A stretch of 64,000 bases of DNA from a virus, in IMG/VR virus record IMGVR_UViG_3300048592_000229, positions 4,385 through 68,384 of that record; one strand, given 5' to 3'. The position numbers were made by a program, and so were the translations under genes. Of the stretch, positions 19,201 through 28,401 are shown in pieces (positions within the stretch are counted from its first letter, which is position 1; the number at the start of each line of letters is the position of its first letter). Below the pieces are notes generated by a model. It was not told where the DNA came from. It saw only the letters and a list, made by a program, of their open reading frames with translations, and searched no databases.

Positions 19201-21058
19201 ACCGACCGCTGGCCAGCGCGCGATGATTGCAACCGGCGGAAAGCTGGGACACGACCCGCAGACCGTGCAATCCATGATGCGCCAGCGTCGGCCGATGGCG
19301 CGCGCCAAGTGGCCCGCACGCGGTAACGACGAAGTGATTGACGCGCTGCTGGGTCGCGGCAAGACCGGGCGTACATTCCCCGGAGTCGTGACGTTCGCGC
19401 GCGACTTCGAGCCGTTGAACATCCAGCGTCAGCGCGGCATCAAGCGCCGGATGATGCGCCGCCCGTCCGCTGACTTCGAGCCGCTGACAATTCCGGCGCA
19501 GGAGGGCGACGACTTCAGCCCGCTGACTATTTTGCGTCGCGCAGCCGCGAAGAAGCAGACGCCCAACCGGCTCGCATACATCGACCGCGCGCGCAATCTG
19601 CGCCGCCCGCCACAGGCTGGCGAATCGCTCGGGCAAGAGTTTGACGACGATGACGACCGCGCGAACGATATCGCAACGATCCAAAGCGGTTACGCATCCA
19701 GCGGGTTTGCGCCGCGTCGTCGCCTTGGCGAGCATCAGATTCGGCAGATGACGGACCCGCGCGAGCGCCGCATGCGGTCGCTGGCTGACGATTCGCCACG
19801 TATCGGACCGGAGCGGACAGACCGGCCGCGCGTTGTGGAGCGTGACGATCCGGCACCGGCCGCTCCGCTGACGCCACGATCCGCTCTGGCTATGTTCCCG
19901 AAGCGTCCGCAGCAAGGACGCCAGCAGGCGACCAGCGCCCGCAGTCCAATGCCCACCGTGCGGCAGGTTCCTCGCGACGTTGGCCGCGTCAGCCGTGAAC
20001 CGGTCAGCGCGCAGTTGCAGCGCGAGTTTTTGCCCGCTCGTCAGCGTGGCGTCGCGTTGCCGCAGCGTCAGCGCGGAGATGTGTCGTGGTCGCCCGGCAA
20101 TCGCGGGGCGCGACCGGAAGCCAGCGCGATGCTCCGGCGTAGCGGGTTCGGCCCGAAGCCAGACCGCACATGGAACCAACTAATCAGCCGCGCGCGTGGT
20201 GAGCAGGCCGCCAGTAACCGCACAGCCGGTCGCGTCAAGAGCGCAATCGGTGGCGGGCTTGGCGGGCTTGCGCTCGGCGCGTTGACTGGCGGTGTCGCTG
20301 CGCCCATCGGTTCGGCGCTCGGGTCGTACATCGGATCGACCGATTGGGGACGCCGCGCCGCATCGCGTGCCGGGCGCGCCGCACAAGGCCTGATCGGTGG
20401 CTTGCGTGGCCAGCAGCGCGGTACTGGACGTTCGGCCGCTGTCGGGCAACTGGCTGGTCAAGGGCTGCGCCGTGCGGGCGGGTTCATTCGTCGCCGGCTC
20501 GGATTCAGCATGGACGGACAGCGGTTCGGCGTGGACGACACATTGCAGCGCATGCGCGGATACAGCGGCGGGTTCACCATCCCGGAGATTGCGCCCGACC
20601 ACAACCCGATGCGCGACGCCTACGACCGCATGCCGACAGGCCAGCGCACGATGATGAAGCGCATGGTGGGCGAGGCGCAACTGGCGCTGGCACGCCGCCA
20701 GAACAACGCCGACGCGCTGCACAACTACGGCACGCCACGGATCAGCCGCATGCTACGCGGCGGCGCAGGACGCCCGCGCGGTGGTGCAAGGTTCGCGGCC
20801 GGTGAGCGCGGTGGCTTCATGGGTGCGCTCGGCCGCGTCGGCCGCATGGCCAGCTACGCGCTGCCCGGCTCGCCTGTGCGCACGTATCGTGAGTTGCGCC
20901 AGAGCGGGCGCGGACGGCTCACTTCGGCACTAGCCGGCGCGGCCGGAACGGCGCTGGACCTGACGGCGGTTCCGGGGAGCGGCGCGAGCATGGCGGTTCG
21001 GAGGCTGCTGCGCAAGCGGCAGGGGCAGCAGTTTGCGAGGTGCGCACGGGGGGCGTGA
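16202..21058 (+). CDS. giant Arg/Gly/Pro-rich protein with a 2H phosphoesterase domain (candidate head-packaged polyprotein)
   Basis: Uninterrupted 1,618-aa ORF; HITV and HVTI motifs at ~17050 and ~17315; recurring F-[A/S] motifs. Confidence 0.8.
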   Translation: MPDPRLSRPPLPPGVTWRPGLPPGVKPVDQRFPAVRAPRMPRKGQRNLLTTLESLPPGTRVRVTNILRRGGQRGGPGAKAAFNFIIGARPTWTNKTGRSGWAKPGQVERYGLKLIRDEDRGGAPRLLNTQSMVRVDVLGDDGESSQTYRRKRGSHNAVPVSERRYARDAARRTQGANQSLFYPRGQGPQDTGDEAVQPIKHWRGNRGAENFRRWLNVRASRPWSPVRPKDVEAPPGEAYNEDARTAVHFADDDGMRGLYICIDLDEWNAKRYREKKPEDDSPPHITVLYMGKQSSATADAVAEKVSAALNEVAQFGVEGIGRDVFEKCEDGKDAVYTPVHGEELHALRRTIQSAARSAGAVWSDTHPIYKPHVTIKYVEHGTGMDVEPVDNWYQTVDKVAIRHGDRLVSTAPLGKPRAKFSESVHFSNPVGAESAGANTVSQFRRDIHGKRRRGVSGPSVAQRFAAMFSAAPRSRMLPGTSGAGQFVRERVPGQYRANVLRSMRVASTTAPEQAFSILRPDELATPYDSDNSGQNRVIDSRSRLTHAVPTGGRNLDPYGESQSHGLSRDTPIGTGALSNRIRAAIPRPEHPDDPYDPRGVAHRNLSHQALTGSLGSPTTPADIEASGIRYLGNDSSGADSELRVMRRRHGAPEASEMRSLPRAGQNSMDNLRELLARNEMIRPTSLANMIRAARMLGDVAGSPVGAVRGARRLRRENPLARAGIQRFATVQVGDQPVEVPDTLANRLGVVPVPAVGITPTGGITQPRQPERMDGQRFALKDIPGWDTSDTLSPINEEERRITGLRGLTGQQRKAASRGERVDTSGRRTGARGGLLPKSPTSEGEWPANGDPRDDAVAMNGQVSRRIKNYHIATDGESGGVEAANIADALERFGLPAKVRSRRNFHRWLDQAGGFGRIEELSRGSAVVPMTPARLRMAIEAQSGIGRISRLERQPREAAMRRGLPGLPAGGQRSNFSQAQQFARTRSGTHGMTTTGLLPGPPTAGQRAMIATGGKLGHDPQTVQSMMRQRRPMARAKWPARGNDEVIDALLGRGKTGRTFPGVVTFARDFEPLNIQRQRGIKRRMMRRPSADFEPLTIPAQEGDDFSPLTILRRAAAKKQTPNRLAYIDRARNLRRPPQAGESLGQEFDDDDDRANDIATIQSGYASSGFAPRRRLGEHQIRQMTDPRERRMRSLADDSPRIGPERTDRPRVVERDDPAPAAPLTPRSALAMFPKRPQQGRQQATSARSPMPTVRQVPRDVGRVSREPVSAQLQREFLPARQRGVALPQRQRGDVSWSPGNRGARPEASAMLRRSGFGPKPDRTWNQLISRARGEQAASNRTAGRVKSAIGGGLGGLALGALTGGVAAPIGSALGSYIGSTDWGRRAASRAGRAAQGLIGGLRGQQRGTGRSAAVGQLAGQGLRRAGGFIRRRLGFSMDGQRFGVDDTLQRMRGYSGGFTIPEIAPDHNPMRDAYDRMPTGQRTMMKRMVGEAQLALARRQNNADALHNYGTPRISRMLRGGAGRPRGGARFAAGERGGFMGALGRVGRMASYALPGSPVRTYRELRQSGRGRLTSALAGAAGTALDLTAVPGSGASMAVRRLLRKRQGQQFARCARGA

Positions 21059-21060
21059 AC

Positions 21061-21276
21061 ATGGCGACAGCTACGAAGATCACGGTGATGGAGGCGGTAG
21101 CGGTGTTCCGCGAGCACGGGTTCTTCGTGTCGCGCGTCTACGTGTGGCGTTGCTGCCGCGCCGGCCGCATACCAAGTGTGGCGGTCGCGAATCGCCTGTG
21201 GATGGAACGCGACGACGTTGAGCAGTTCATCGCGGAGCAGGCGGATTCGTCACGGGTTGTGCGCGTCCGGGCGTGA
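21061..21276 (+). CDS. excisionase/MerR-like HTH DNA-binding protein
   Basis: TVMEAV...VWRCCRAGRIPS...MERDDVEQFI. Confidence 0.7.
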   Translation: MATATKITVMEAVAVFREHGFFVSRVYVWRCCRAGRIPSVAVANRLWMERDDVEQFIAEQADSSRVVRVRA

Positions 21277-21282
21277 TTCGTC

Positions 21283-22158
21283 TTACGCTTCGATTATCCG
21301 GCGCTTTCGCTCGTTCGTGCATGCTCGCACTATCTCCGCGTGCGACCAATTGAGCGGCATCTGATCGGCCGGGTAATCGTCGCCGATGCTGCGCGACACC
21401 AACTCGGCGCGATGCTTGTCAGACGGCAAGTCGAACCGAACGGCCACGTCAAACCGGCGATGAATCGCGTGGTCAAGATGCTCCGGACGGTTCGTTGCGG
21501 CAATCACCACGGCCGGTCCTTCATGCGCCTCCATCATCTGAAGCAGCACGTTCAGAATGCGATTGCCCTCGCGTTCGCTACCGCCATTGCCTTCCGACCG
21601 CGATGCGCCGAAGCTGTCAAACTCGTCAATCAGCAGTACGCAGCGATTGGCTCCGGCAAACTCAAACACCTTCGCCAACGATGCGCTGCTGGCACCCATG
21701 TAGGACTGAATGATGCGCTCCTGCCGCGCAACAACCAGCGGCACGCCGAGAGCGAGCGCTAATGCTCCTGCCGCGCTTGTCTTGCCGGTTCCGGGCGGGC
21801 CGTCGAAGATCAGTCGGCATGCCGGAACAAGCCCCTCATCCCGCAACCTGTCTCCGAACTCATGCTCTCGAATGACGCGTATCAGCGCTGAACGAACGTC
21901 GTCCGTGAGAACCATTTCATCCAACGCCATGCGCGGTGTTGACGGCTCTACCAAGTTGCCCTCGCCGTCCTTGCCGGTCGGCAGCCGCATCAACTGCCGC
22001 GCTTCGGGGTGCTGGCCGATCATTCGCTGGATTCGCGCTGCGACCTGCGGCGAGCGCTTGTGCTCGTTTGCTGCGATAATTCCAGCGACTGACCGGAATC
22101 GAACCATGTCGCCGGACAACACAGACTGGATCAAGGCGATAACATCCTGAGACTTCAT
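21283..22158 (-). CDS. AAA+ ATPase (IetA-like)
   Basis: GPPGTGKT, LLIDEFD, AATNRPEHLDHAIHRRFD. Confidence 0.9.
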   Translation of the reverse strand: MKSQDVIALIQSVLSGDMVRFRSVAGIIAANEHKRSPQVAARIQRMIGQHPEARQLMRLPTGKDGEGNLVEPSTPRMALDEMVLTDDVRSALIRVIREHEFGDRLRDEGLVPACRLIFDGPPGTGKTSAAGALALALGVPLVVARQERIIQSYMGASSASLAKVFEFAGANRCVLLIDEFDSFGASRSEGNGGSEREGNRILNVLLQMMEAHEGPAVVIAATNRPEHLDHAIHRRFDVAVRFDLPSDKHRAELVSRSIGDDYPADQMPLNWSHAEIVRACTNERKRRIIEA

Positions 22159-22202
22159 GCTTCACTCTCGCTAATTTGGCACAGAAAACGATCCGGCTGA
22201 GG

Positions 22203-22211
22203 ATTGTACCA
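22203..22211 (-). promoter_or_regulatory. extended -10 promoter for the AAA gene
   Basis: Minus strand TGGTACAAT, ~45 nt upstream of the ATG. Confidence 0.5.
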
Positions 22212-22266
22212 GCCCGCATCCTGTTACGCTTGTTACTTTGCCGTGACGTAACCGCTCGCGCGCACG

Positions 22267-24039
22267 ATGATTCCGCCAGAACACGCGGATTCAACAAGGC
22301 ACGCGATGGTCGCGCAAACCGTAACGCAACTGCGATACCCGCTGATCGCCGATGGCATCAAGCGCGCGACTACAGGCATCGACTTCGGCAAGCGGTATCG
22401 CGCCGAGAAGATGCCAAACGGCAACTTCGCCATTCGCGACGTTGAAATCTTTCAGGCGTGCCAGCGGCCGAACCCGGCGACCGGAGCGGTTGACGACTTC
22501 GGGCAGAAGTTCCTTGAAACCGCGCTGTCTGCATTCCGCGAGCGCAGCAGCGATCAGTACCTGCCGCCGGTCCACATCGGGCACCACAAGGGCCAGACCG
22601 TCGCCAACGAGTTTGCCGGGCACCTGATCCTCAAGCGCGTCGAGAACGACAAGAAGGGCATCCCGACGCTGTACGGCGACATGGTGGAGATTCCGCCGCG
22701 TGCGTTCGCCGAAATCATGGCAAACCGGTTGCCTTACCGCTCGGTCGAAATCAACAACCCGGCCAGCGGTGAAATCAGCAGCCTGGCGCTGCTCTCAACC
22801 GAAGTGCCGTACTTCAAGTTCCCGCTGATGCGCGTCGAGAAGGTCAACTTCTCCGCGAGCATGCCGGACACGCTCTGCTTCTCCGAAGACGGCTTCACGC
22901 CCGGCGGAACCGGCGTGTGCGTCACGCAGCGATTCTCTGGCGAAGGTGCCGCCCTGACTGAACCGACGCAGGCGCGTCAGATGTTCATGGGCTACGGCCG
23001 GCAGCACTACGCCGATGGCGATGACGACGAACAGATGATGGACGACGGCGAGGATGCCGGCGACCCCGATATCGAAGAACTGCTGGCCAACCTGAGCGAG
23101 CCGGAACTGGCGGAACTGCTGGATCAACTCGGACAGGACGACGGCAGCGGCTACGACGGCCAGGACGATTCCATGAACCCCGCGGCGGGTGACACCTCCG
23201 CAATGCAAGGCGAGGATGAAATGGCCGGACCCATCGGCGAACAGATTCTCCAGTCTCTCGGCGAACTGACAACGGCTGTTCAGTCGTTGGCGTCGTCCAG
23301 CCCGGCAGCCAACCCGGCCATCCCGTCGCCGCCTCCGGTGAGCGCGCATGAGCCGAATGCCGGTGCCGCGCACTTCAGCGAGAACGGCAACGGCAAGATG
23401 CCGCTGTGGGCGCAGGCGTTCGTTGATCGCCTCACGAAGATGGAGAAGGAGACGGCCGAGCGCAACGCGCGGATGGACCAGTTCTTCTCCGAGATGGAAG
23501 CCGAACAGAAGTTCGCCGAGATGAAGGCGGAACAGGAATCTCGGATGAACGCCGTGGCTGACGACCTCGCCGCGCGCAAGTTCGATGAAGGCACCATCGA
23601 TGCTGCATGGAACGCGGTTGCTCCGCGTGTGGCCGATGACCTCGCTCTGGTTGCAGGCGGACAGCGCAAGGAACTGACCGACCCCGCCGTGTTCTTCGGC
23701 GAGTACCTGCGCGGCGTTCCGGCCACGCAGCGCAGCAACCTGCCGACCCCGCCCGATGTGCCGGCTGGCGCTGACGCGTCCACGGCTGCGAACGGTGGCG
23801 CTGCCCCCGGGAGCAAGCCGCCGGTTGTGAGCGAACAGGCCAAGGCGTTTGCCGAGAAGCACGGCAAGAAGCCGAAGGCCGCGTTTGACGCCAACCCGGT
23901 CATGTTCTCGGAGACCTACGACAAGGCAATCGCCGAGTGGAAGGCCGAGTACGAAAACAGCCCGCGCGCTGCGATGTTCGGCAGCATGGATGCGTTCATC
24001 GCCAACCGCGTGAAGCAGCTTCCGACCGAAACCAACTGA
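22267..24039 (+). CDS. Mu-like prohead protease fused to scaffold
   Basis: IRDVEIF, PVHIGH, PYRSVEI, SLALL..P; acidic coiled-coil C-terminus; upstream of the capsid gene; start may lie downstream (e.g. 22306). Confidence 0.8.
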   Translation: MIPPEHADSTRHAMVAQTVTQLRYPLIADGIKRATTGIDFGKRYRAEKMPNGNFAIRDVEIFQACQRPNPATGAVDDFGQKFLETALSAFRERSSDQYLPPVHIGHHKGQTVANEFAGHLILKRVENDKKGIPTLYGDMVEIPPRAFAEIMANRLPYRSVEINNPASGEISSLALLSTEVPYFKFPLMRVEKVNFSASMPDTLCFSEDGFTPGGTGVCVTQRFSGEGAALTEPTQARQMFMGYGRQHYADGDDDEQMMDDGEDAGDPDIEELLANLSEPELAELLDQLGQDDGSGYDGQDDSMNPAAGDTSAMQGEDEMAGPIGEQILQSLGELTTAVQSLASSSPAANPAIPSPPPVSAHEPNAGAAHFSENGNGKMPLWAQAFVDRLTKMEKETAERNARMDQFFSEMEAEQKFAEMKAEQESRMNAVADDLAARKFDEGTIDAAWNAVAPRVADDLALVAGGQRKELTDPAVFFGEYLRGVPATQRSNLPTPPDVPAGADASTAANGGAAPGSKPPVVSEQAKAFAEKHGKKPKAAFDANPVMFSETYDKAIAEWKAEYENSPRAAMFGSMDAFIANRVKQLPTETN

Positions 24040-24074
24040 ACTGATCGGCCAACCGGCCCTGACGGAGAACCCGG

Positions 24075-25019
24075 ATGACTGCTCTCGCTGCGAACAAGAA
24101 CCTCAACCTCGGCACGTTCGATGTGACGGGCGCGCTTGAAGTGCGTGCAACCGCCGACACGTTCTATGCCGGCGCGCTGCTGGAACTCAACTTTGCGACT
24201 GGACTGGTTGCGCCACTCGGCACCACCGGCTACCCGTCGGCGCGCTTCTGCGGCATCTGCGCGCAGGAGAAAGTCGTCACGGCCACGTCTGACCAGTACG
24301 TCAAGGTGTGGGTCAACGGCAAGATCATCAAGGGCGAAGTGGTCGCGGGCGCTACCGGCGTGGGTAACATCGGCAAGCCAGTGTACTGCACGACCGACAA
24401 CGCCGAAGACGACATGACGCTGACCAGCACCAGCGCCACGCCCATCGGCACCGTCATCAAGCACAACTCGTCCACGTCGTGCGACGTGCTGACCTACGAC
24501 ACGCGCCACGTCTTCGAGACCTACGCGGCCGGCGCTGACCTTCTCGGCGCGGTGATCGCCAACTCGTCGGCGCACACGAACACCACGACCGAAGCCAGCT
24601 TCGACCAGACCGTGGTGATTCCGGCCGGAACGATCCGCGTCGGCGACGTGTACCAGATTGCGGCCGGCGTCAACGCAACGGCGACCAACTCCACCAACAC
24701 GCTGACGTGCAAGTTGCGCTTCGGCGGGACCACGATTGCAACCAGCGGTGCCATCGACGTGGCGAACTCGGATACCTGGGTCTGCATGGCTCAGGTGACG
24801 ATCCGCACGATTGGCGCAAGCGGCACCGGCAAGGCTGTGAACCTGCAACACGGTCCGGACGCCGAAACGACCGGATCGGATGCCGGCGCGCTGGTCGATA
24901 TCGCGTCGGTGGACACGACTTCGGCCGTCACGGTTGACGCACGCGCCGACTGGTCGGTTGCCAACTCCGGAAACTCCTGCCGCCTGGAATACCTGACCGT
25001 CACCAAGTTTGCCCGCTGA
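24075..25019 (+). CDS. capsid decoration/cement protein with C-terminal beta-rich domain
   Basis: MTALAAN...FYAGAL...FCGIC...IGKPVYCTTDN; lies between protease and capsid. Confidence 0.7.
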   Translation: MTALAANKNLNLGTFDVTGALEVRATADTFYAGALLELNFATGLVAPLGTTGYPSARFCGICAQEKVVTATSDQYVKVWVNGKIIKGEVVAGATGVGNIGKPVYCTTDNAEDDMTLTSTSATPIGTVIKHNSSTSCDVLTYDTRHVFETYAAGADLLGAVIANSSAHTNTTTEASFDQTVVIPAGTIRVGDVYQIAAGVNATATNSTNTLTCKLRFGGTTIATSGAIDVANSDTWVCMAQVTIRTIGASGTGKAVNLQHGPDAETTGSDAGALVDIASVDTTSAVTVDARADWSVANSGNSCRLEYLTVTKFAR

Positions 25020-25056
25020 CCCATCCGGCCCGATACGGGCAAACGGAGATTGACCG

Positions 25057-26070
25057 ATGCCGAATCCGATTGGATCTGAAGCCGCGAGCGCAACGACCGT
25101 CACGCAGTTCCGCAAGGATCTGACCGACGTGTTCAACGAGCTGTTCGAGAACCACTACCACACGGACACGCCAAGCTGGAAGCAGCAGTTGTTCAAGGTG
25201 GTGCAAATGGACGGCGCGTACCTCGTCGCGCACACGCACATGAACGCTCCACTGTTCTATCCGCGCATCGACGGAGCGGAGGCGCAGGAATCCGGCATCG
25301 ACGGGCTGACGTACACGCTCTACCCCTACGACTACGAGACGCCGAAGATGGTGTGGGGCGTGAACGCGCTCCAGGACACGAAGAACAACTTCCGTTCGCG
25401 AGTGGACGAAGCCGCGATGTACCTCGCGCGCTTCCGTGACTTCGCGCAGGAAGAACTCCAGGCCGGCGCGGCCACCACGTTCCTGCACGGCGAAGTGGAC
25501 TTCACGACCATCTTCGGCAGCACCGGCCTGTTCAGCGCATCGCACACCTACAACGGCGTCACGCTGAACAACATCGTGACCGGCACCGGCACGGCGAGCG
25601 CAAACATCTTCGATGACGTGTACTCGGCCCGCCGCGCGTTCATGGACATGAACGATGCGAACTCGCGCCCGTACTGGGACGAGATTCGACTGCGCGCCGC
25701 GCAGATGACCGTCGTGATCCCGTCCGCGCTGGACCAGGCGTTTGACGGCGTGATCGCGTCCACCACCTACGTCACGCCGGGCGGCACCTCGCCGGCCGAC
25801 AACTTCCTCAAGACGGTCTACGGCGACAAGCTGAACGTGGTCCACGACGCCGCGCTGACCGACGCCGACAACTACTTCTTCTACCGCACCAGCGACGTGG
25901 GCAACATGCGCCCGTACGTCTACGGCGACCGCCTCGCGATCCAGCCGATCCTCTGGACGATGGAAGACAGCGACGAGTCGAAGAAGACCCACAACGAAGC
26001 GGCTCAATGGTGGATGCGCGCGGCGGTCGGCATCGGCGACCCGGTGACCGCCGTGACCGTGCAGAACTGA
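25057..26070 (+). CDS. major capsid protein (Mu gpT-like)
   Basis: 337 aa, GLFSASH motif, VVIPSAL, RPYVY, strong codon bias, synteny. Confidence 0.8.
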   Translation: MPNPIGSEAASATTVTQFRKDLTDVFNELFENHYHTDTPSWKQQLFKVVQMDGAYLVAHTHMNAPLFYPRIDGAEAQESGIDGLTYTLYPYDYETPKMVWGVNALQDTKNNFRSRVDEAAMYLARFRDFAQEELQAGAATTFLHGEVDFTTIFGSTGLFSASHTYNGVTLNNIVTGTGTASANIFDDVYSARRAFMDMNDANSRPYWDEIRLRAAQMTVVIPSALDQAFDGVIASTTYVTPGGTSPADNFLKTVYGDKLNVVHDAALTDADNYFFYRTSDVGNMRPYVYGDRLAIQPILWTMEDSDESKKTHNEAAQWWMRAAVGIGDPVTAVTVQN

Positions 26071-26105
26071 TAGCGGACTGACGGGCAACCAGTGGAGAAC
26101 GAGAC

Positions 26106-26975
26106 ATGGCGAAGCACGACAACGCGAGCGGCAGCACGGCGGTAGCCGAGAAGCCGAAGAAGGAAGACGGAAGCCCGCGCGAGCGCAAGGGCGCGATCTA
26201 CGAACTGTGGCTGGACCCGCCGGGCGACGTGCCACACCACGTCACGCCGGCCCTGCCGTGCATCCTCATCACTGACCCGGTGAGCGGGAAGCAGAAGCTG
26301 GAAGGCCCGGCCATCCCGCGCAAGGTCCGCGTGCTGCCGTTGCGGTGCCCGAAGTGCTCGCATCGGTGGAGCTCGGAGCAGGCGCTGCGCACCGGAATTG
26401 CAATGACGCAGGAGCCGGACTTCGCCAATCGGCTGGTGGAGTCTCGCAATTGCCCGCGTTGCCGGTCCGAGCGCAAGGTGGACGTGCAGGGGCTGAGCGT
26501 TGACACGCACGGCAACCCGCACCAGTGGCAGGACGCCCGCATGCAGTTGTGGCTGTACGACGACGAAGTTGACCGCCTGCGCGAGCACATCAATGAAGAC
26601 GATGCCACGCCGCACTACGAGACGCTGACGTTCGCCGATGGAAGCACCACTCAGCGCCGCGTCACATCCGGCATCGGCCGGGGCGTCGTGAACTTCCGGC
26701 ACAAGGGCCGCGTGCGCCGCGTGAACCTCGCGAAATTCGTTCGCATCCGCCGGCTGGATGCCGTGGTCGCTCTGCCGCTGGACGTACTGGAGAAGCACCA
26801 GGAACTCGGCCGAAAGGTCGAGGAACTGTCGCACCAGATCGCCACGAAGATTGACTCCATGGCGTCGGCATCCAACGGCAACGAACGCGACAAGATTGCC
26901 GATCAACTCGCTGAACTGAACAAGCAGCGCAAGGCTTTGCAGGCCGAGCGTGACGCGCTCTCGAACCCGGAATGA
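26106..26975 (+). CDS. hypothetical protein with zinc ribbon and coiled coil
   Basis: CPKC...CPRC; GGAG RBS. Confidence 0.7.
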   Translation: MAKHDNASGSTAVAEKPKKEDGSPRERKGAIYELWLDPPGDVPHHVTPALPCILITDPVSGKQKLEGPAIPRKVRVLPLRCPKCSHRWSSEQALRTGIAMTQEPDFANRLVESRNCPRCRSERKVDVQGLSVDTHGNPHQWQDARMQLWLYDDEVDRLREHINEDDATPHYETLTFADGSTTQRRVTSGIGRGVVNFRHKGRVRRVNLAKFVRIRRLDAVVALPLDVLEKHQELGRKVEELSHQIATKIDSMASASNGNERDKIADQLAELNKQRKALQAERDALSNPE

Positions 26976-26981
26976 TGACCG

Positions 26982-28079
26982 ATGGCCGACCTCACTGCGC
27001 CCGTCAACTACAAGGTGTCGGACTCCCCGTTTGTCGAGGATTTCCCGTGTTCGTCGCTGTCCGTGAAGGCCGGCGCGCTCATCGGGATTGACGAGTCCAC
27101 CGGCTACGCGGTGACGTGGGCCGACACGGACGGCACCAAGTTGCTGGGCCGCGCGGTCGAGACCACCACCAGCGCGTCAACAGTCAAGGTGTACACCGGC
27201 AAGCACACCGTCCATGGCGCATCCGATGCGTTGGGTGTGGCAGTGGCTGGCTGCACGGCCGTCACGAACAACGGCGATCTGGTCTACTGTTCGACCAACA
27301 ACCTCGCCAACTGCACGCTGACGCCGGGTAACGAGCCGATTGGGCGCGTGTCCCGGTACATCAGCAGCGGCAAGGCGTGGGTCGAAATCATCCCGCGCGG
27401 CTACTCGCTGGGATCGCCGTCCGCGTTCGACGGTCCGGTTGACCTCGGCAGCACGCTCAACGTGGCTGGTGCGACGACGCTGGAGTCCACGCTGGCAGTA
27501 ACCGGCGCTTCGACGTTCACCGGTGCAACCGCACACAACGGCGGACTGACGACGACCCGTGGTGTTGCCAGTGGAACCGCGCTGAAGGTCGGCGGCCAAG
27601 CATCGTCTGCCGTGGCGGCCAGCACGGCCGTCACGAACACGGCCGTCGAGACGGCCTTCGACAATTCGTCCTACGCTGTGCCGGCCGACACGCTGACGCA
27701 GGGATCGCGCCTGAAGATTTTCGCGCAGGGAATCGCCACCAGCACGACCGGAAGCGACACGCTGGAAATCATCGTGTACGCCGGGTCCACCGAACTGTTC
27801 AGCACTGGAGCGCTGGACGTGGGCGACAACGAGGCGTTCAGCTTCATCGGCGAGGTGGTAGCGCGGGCCGCTCCGGCCGCTGCTGCATCGTGTGTCGGGT
27901 TCGCGCACATCGCCTACGGCACCGACGAAGAGGCGAGCGTCGGCAAGCACTCGATCATGCCAGCCACGAACCTGGCCACTAATGGCGCGCTGACGTTCAA
28001 TGTTCGCGCCAAGTGGTCGGCCGCGAACGCGGGCAACTCCTGCCGCCTGGATATCTGCAACTACGAAGTCATCGGCTGA
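26982..28079 (+). CDS. second decoration/cement-like protein (paralog of 24075)
   Basis: AGALIG, VKVYTG, LVYCSTNN, PIG and C-terminal WSAANAGNSCRL shared with 24075..25019. Confidence 0.7.
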   Translation: MADLTAPVNYKVSDSPFVEDFPCSSLSVKAGALIGIDESTGYAVTWADTDGTKLLGRAVETTTSASTVKVYTGKHTVHGASDALGVAVAGCTAVTNNGDLVYCSTNNLANCTLTPGNEPIGRVSRYISSGKAWVEIIPRGYSLGSPSAFDGPVDLGSTLNVAGATTLESTLAVTGASTFTGATAHNGGLTTTRGVASGTALKVGGQASSAVAASTAVTNTAVETAFDNSSYAVPADTLTQGSRLKIFAQGIATSTTGSDTLEIIVYAGSTELFSTGALDVGDNEAFSFIGEVVARAAPAAAASCVGFAHIAYGTDEEASVGKHSIMPATNLATNGALTFNVRAKWSAANAGNSCRLDICNYEVIG

Positions 28080-28099
28080 ACCGGAGGCGCGCCGTGGGA

Positions 28100-28399
28100 A
28101 TGACCATCCAGGAACTGCAAGAGCTGCATCGGCAGTTGCTTCGCGGCATCAACCGGCTGGTCGGCGAGTTTCGCGATTCGCCCGACCCCGAAATCCGGGT
28201 GCTGCTCGAACAGACGCCGCGCTACACCGATGCCGACCTGAACCAGATTGTCACGCGCGCTCTGCGGAACGTGTCCAGCATGACGCCCGAAGAAGTGCGC
28301 GGCATCGTGGCTGACCTGATTGCGCGCAAGTTCGACCGCCAGCCGGTGAAGTTGCCGGGCCACGACAAGCCGACCGATTTCGTCAAGTGGAGTGACTGA
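28100..28399 (+). CDS. hypothetical protein
   Basis: GGAGG RBS, helical. Confidence 0.6.
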   Translation: MTIQELQELHRQLLRGINRLVGEFRDSPDPEIRVLLEQTPRYTDADLNQIVTRALRNVSSMTPEEVRGIVADLIARKFDRQPVKLPGHDKPTDFVKWSD

Positions 28400-28401
28400 C
28401 T

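Noticed and set aside
21061-21276. Excisionase implying a prophage
   Set aside because: No integrase, att sites or flanking host genes are seen; the HTH fold alone is insufficient
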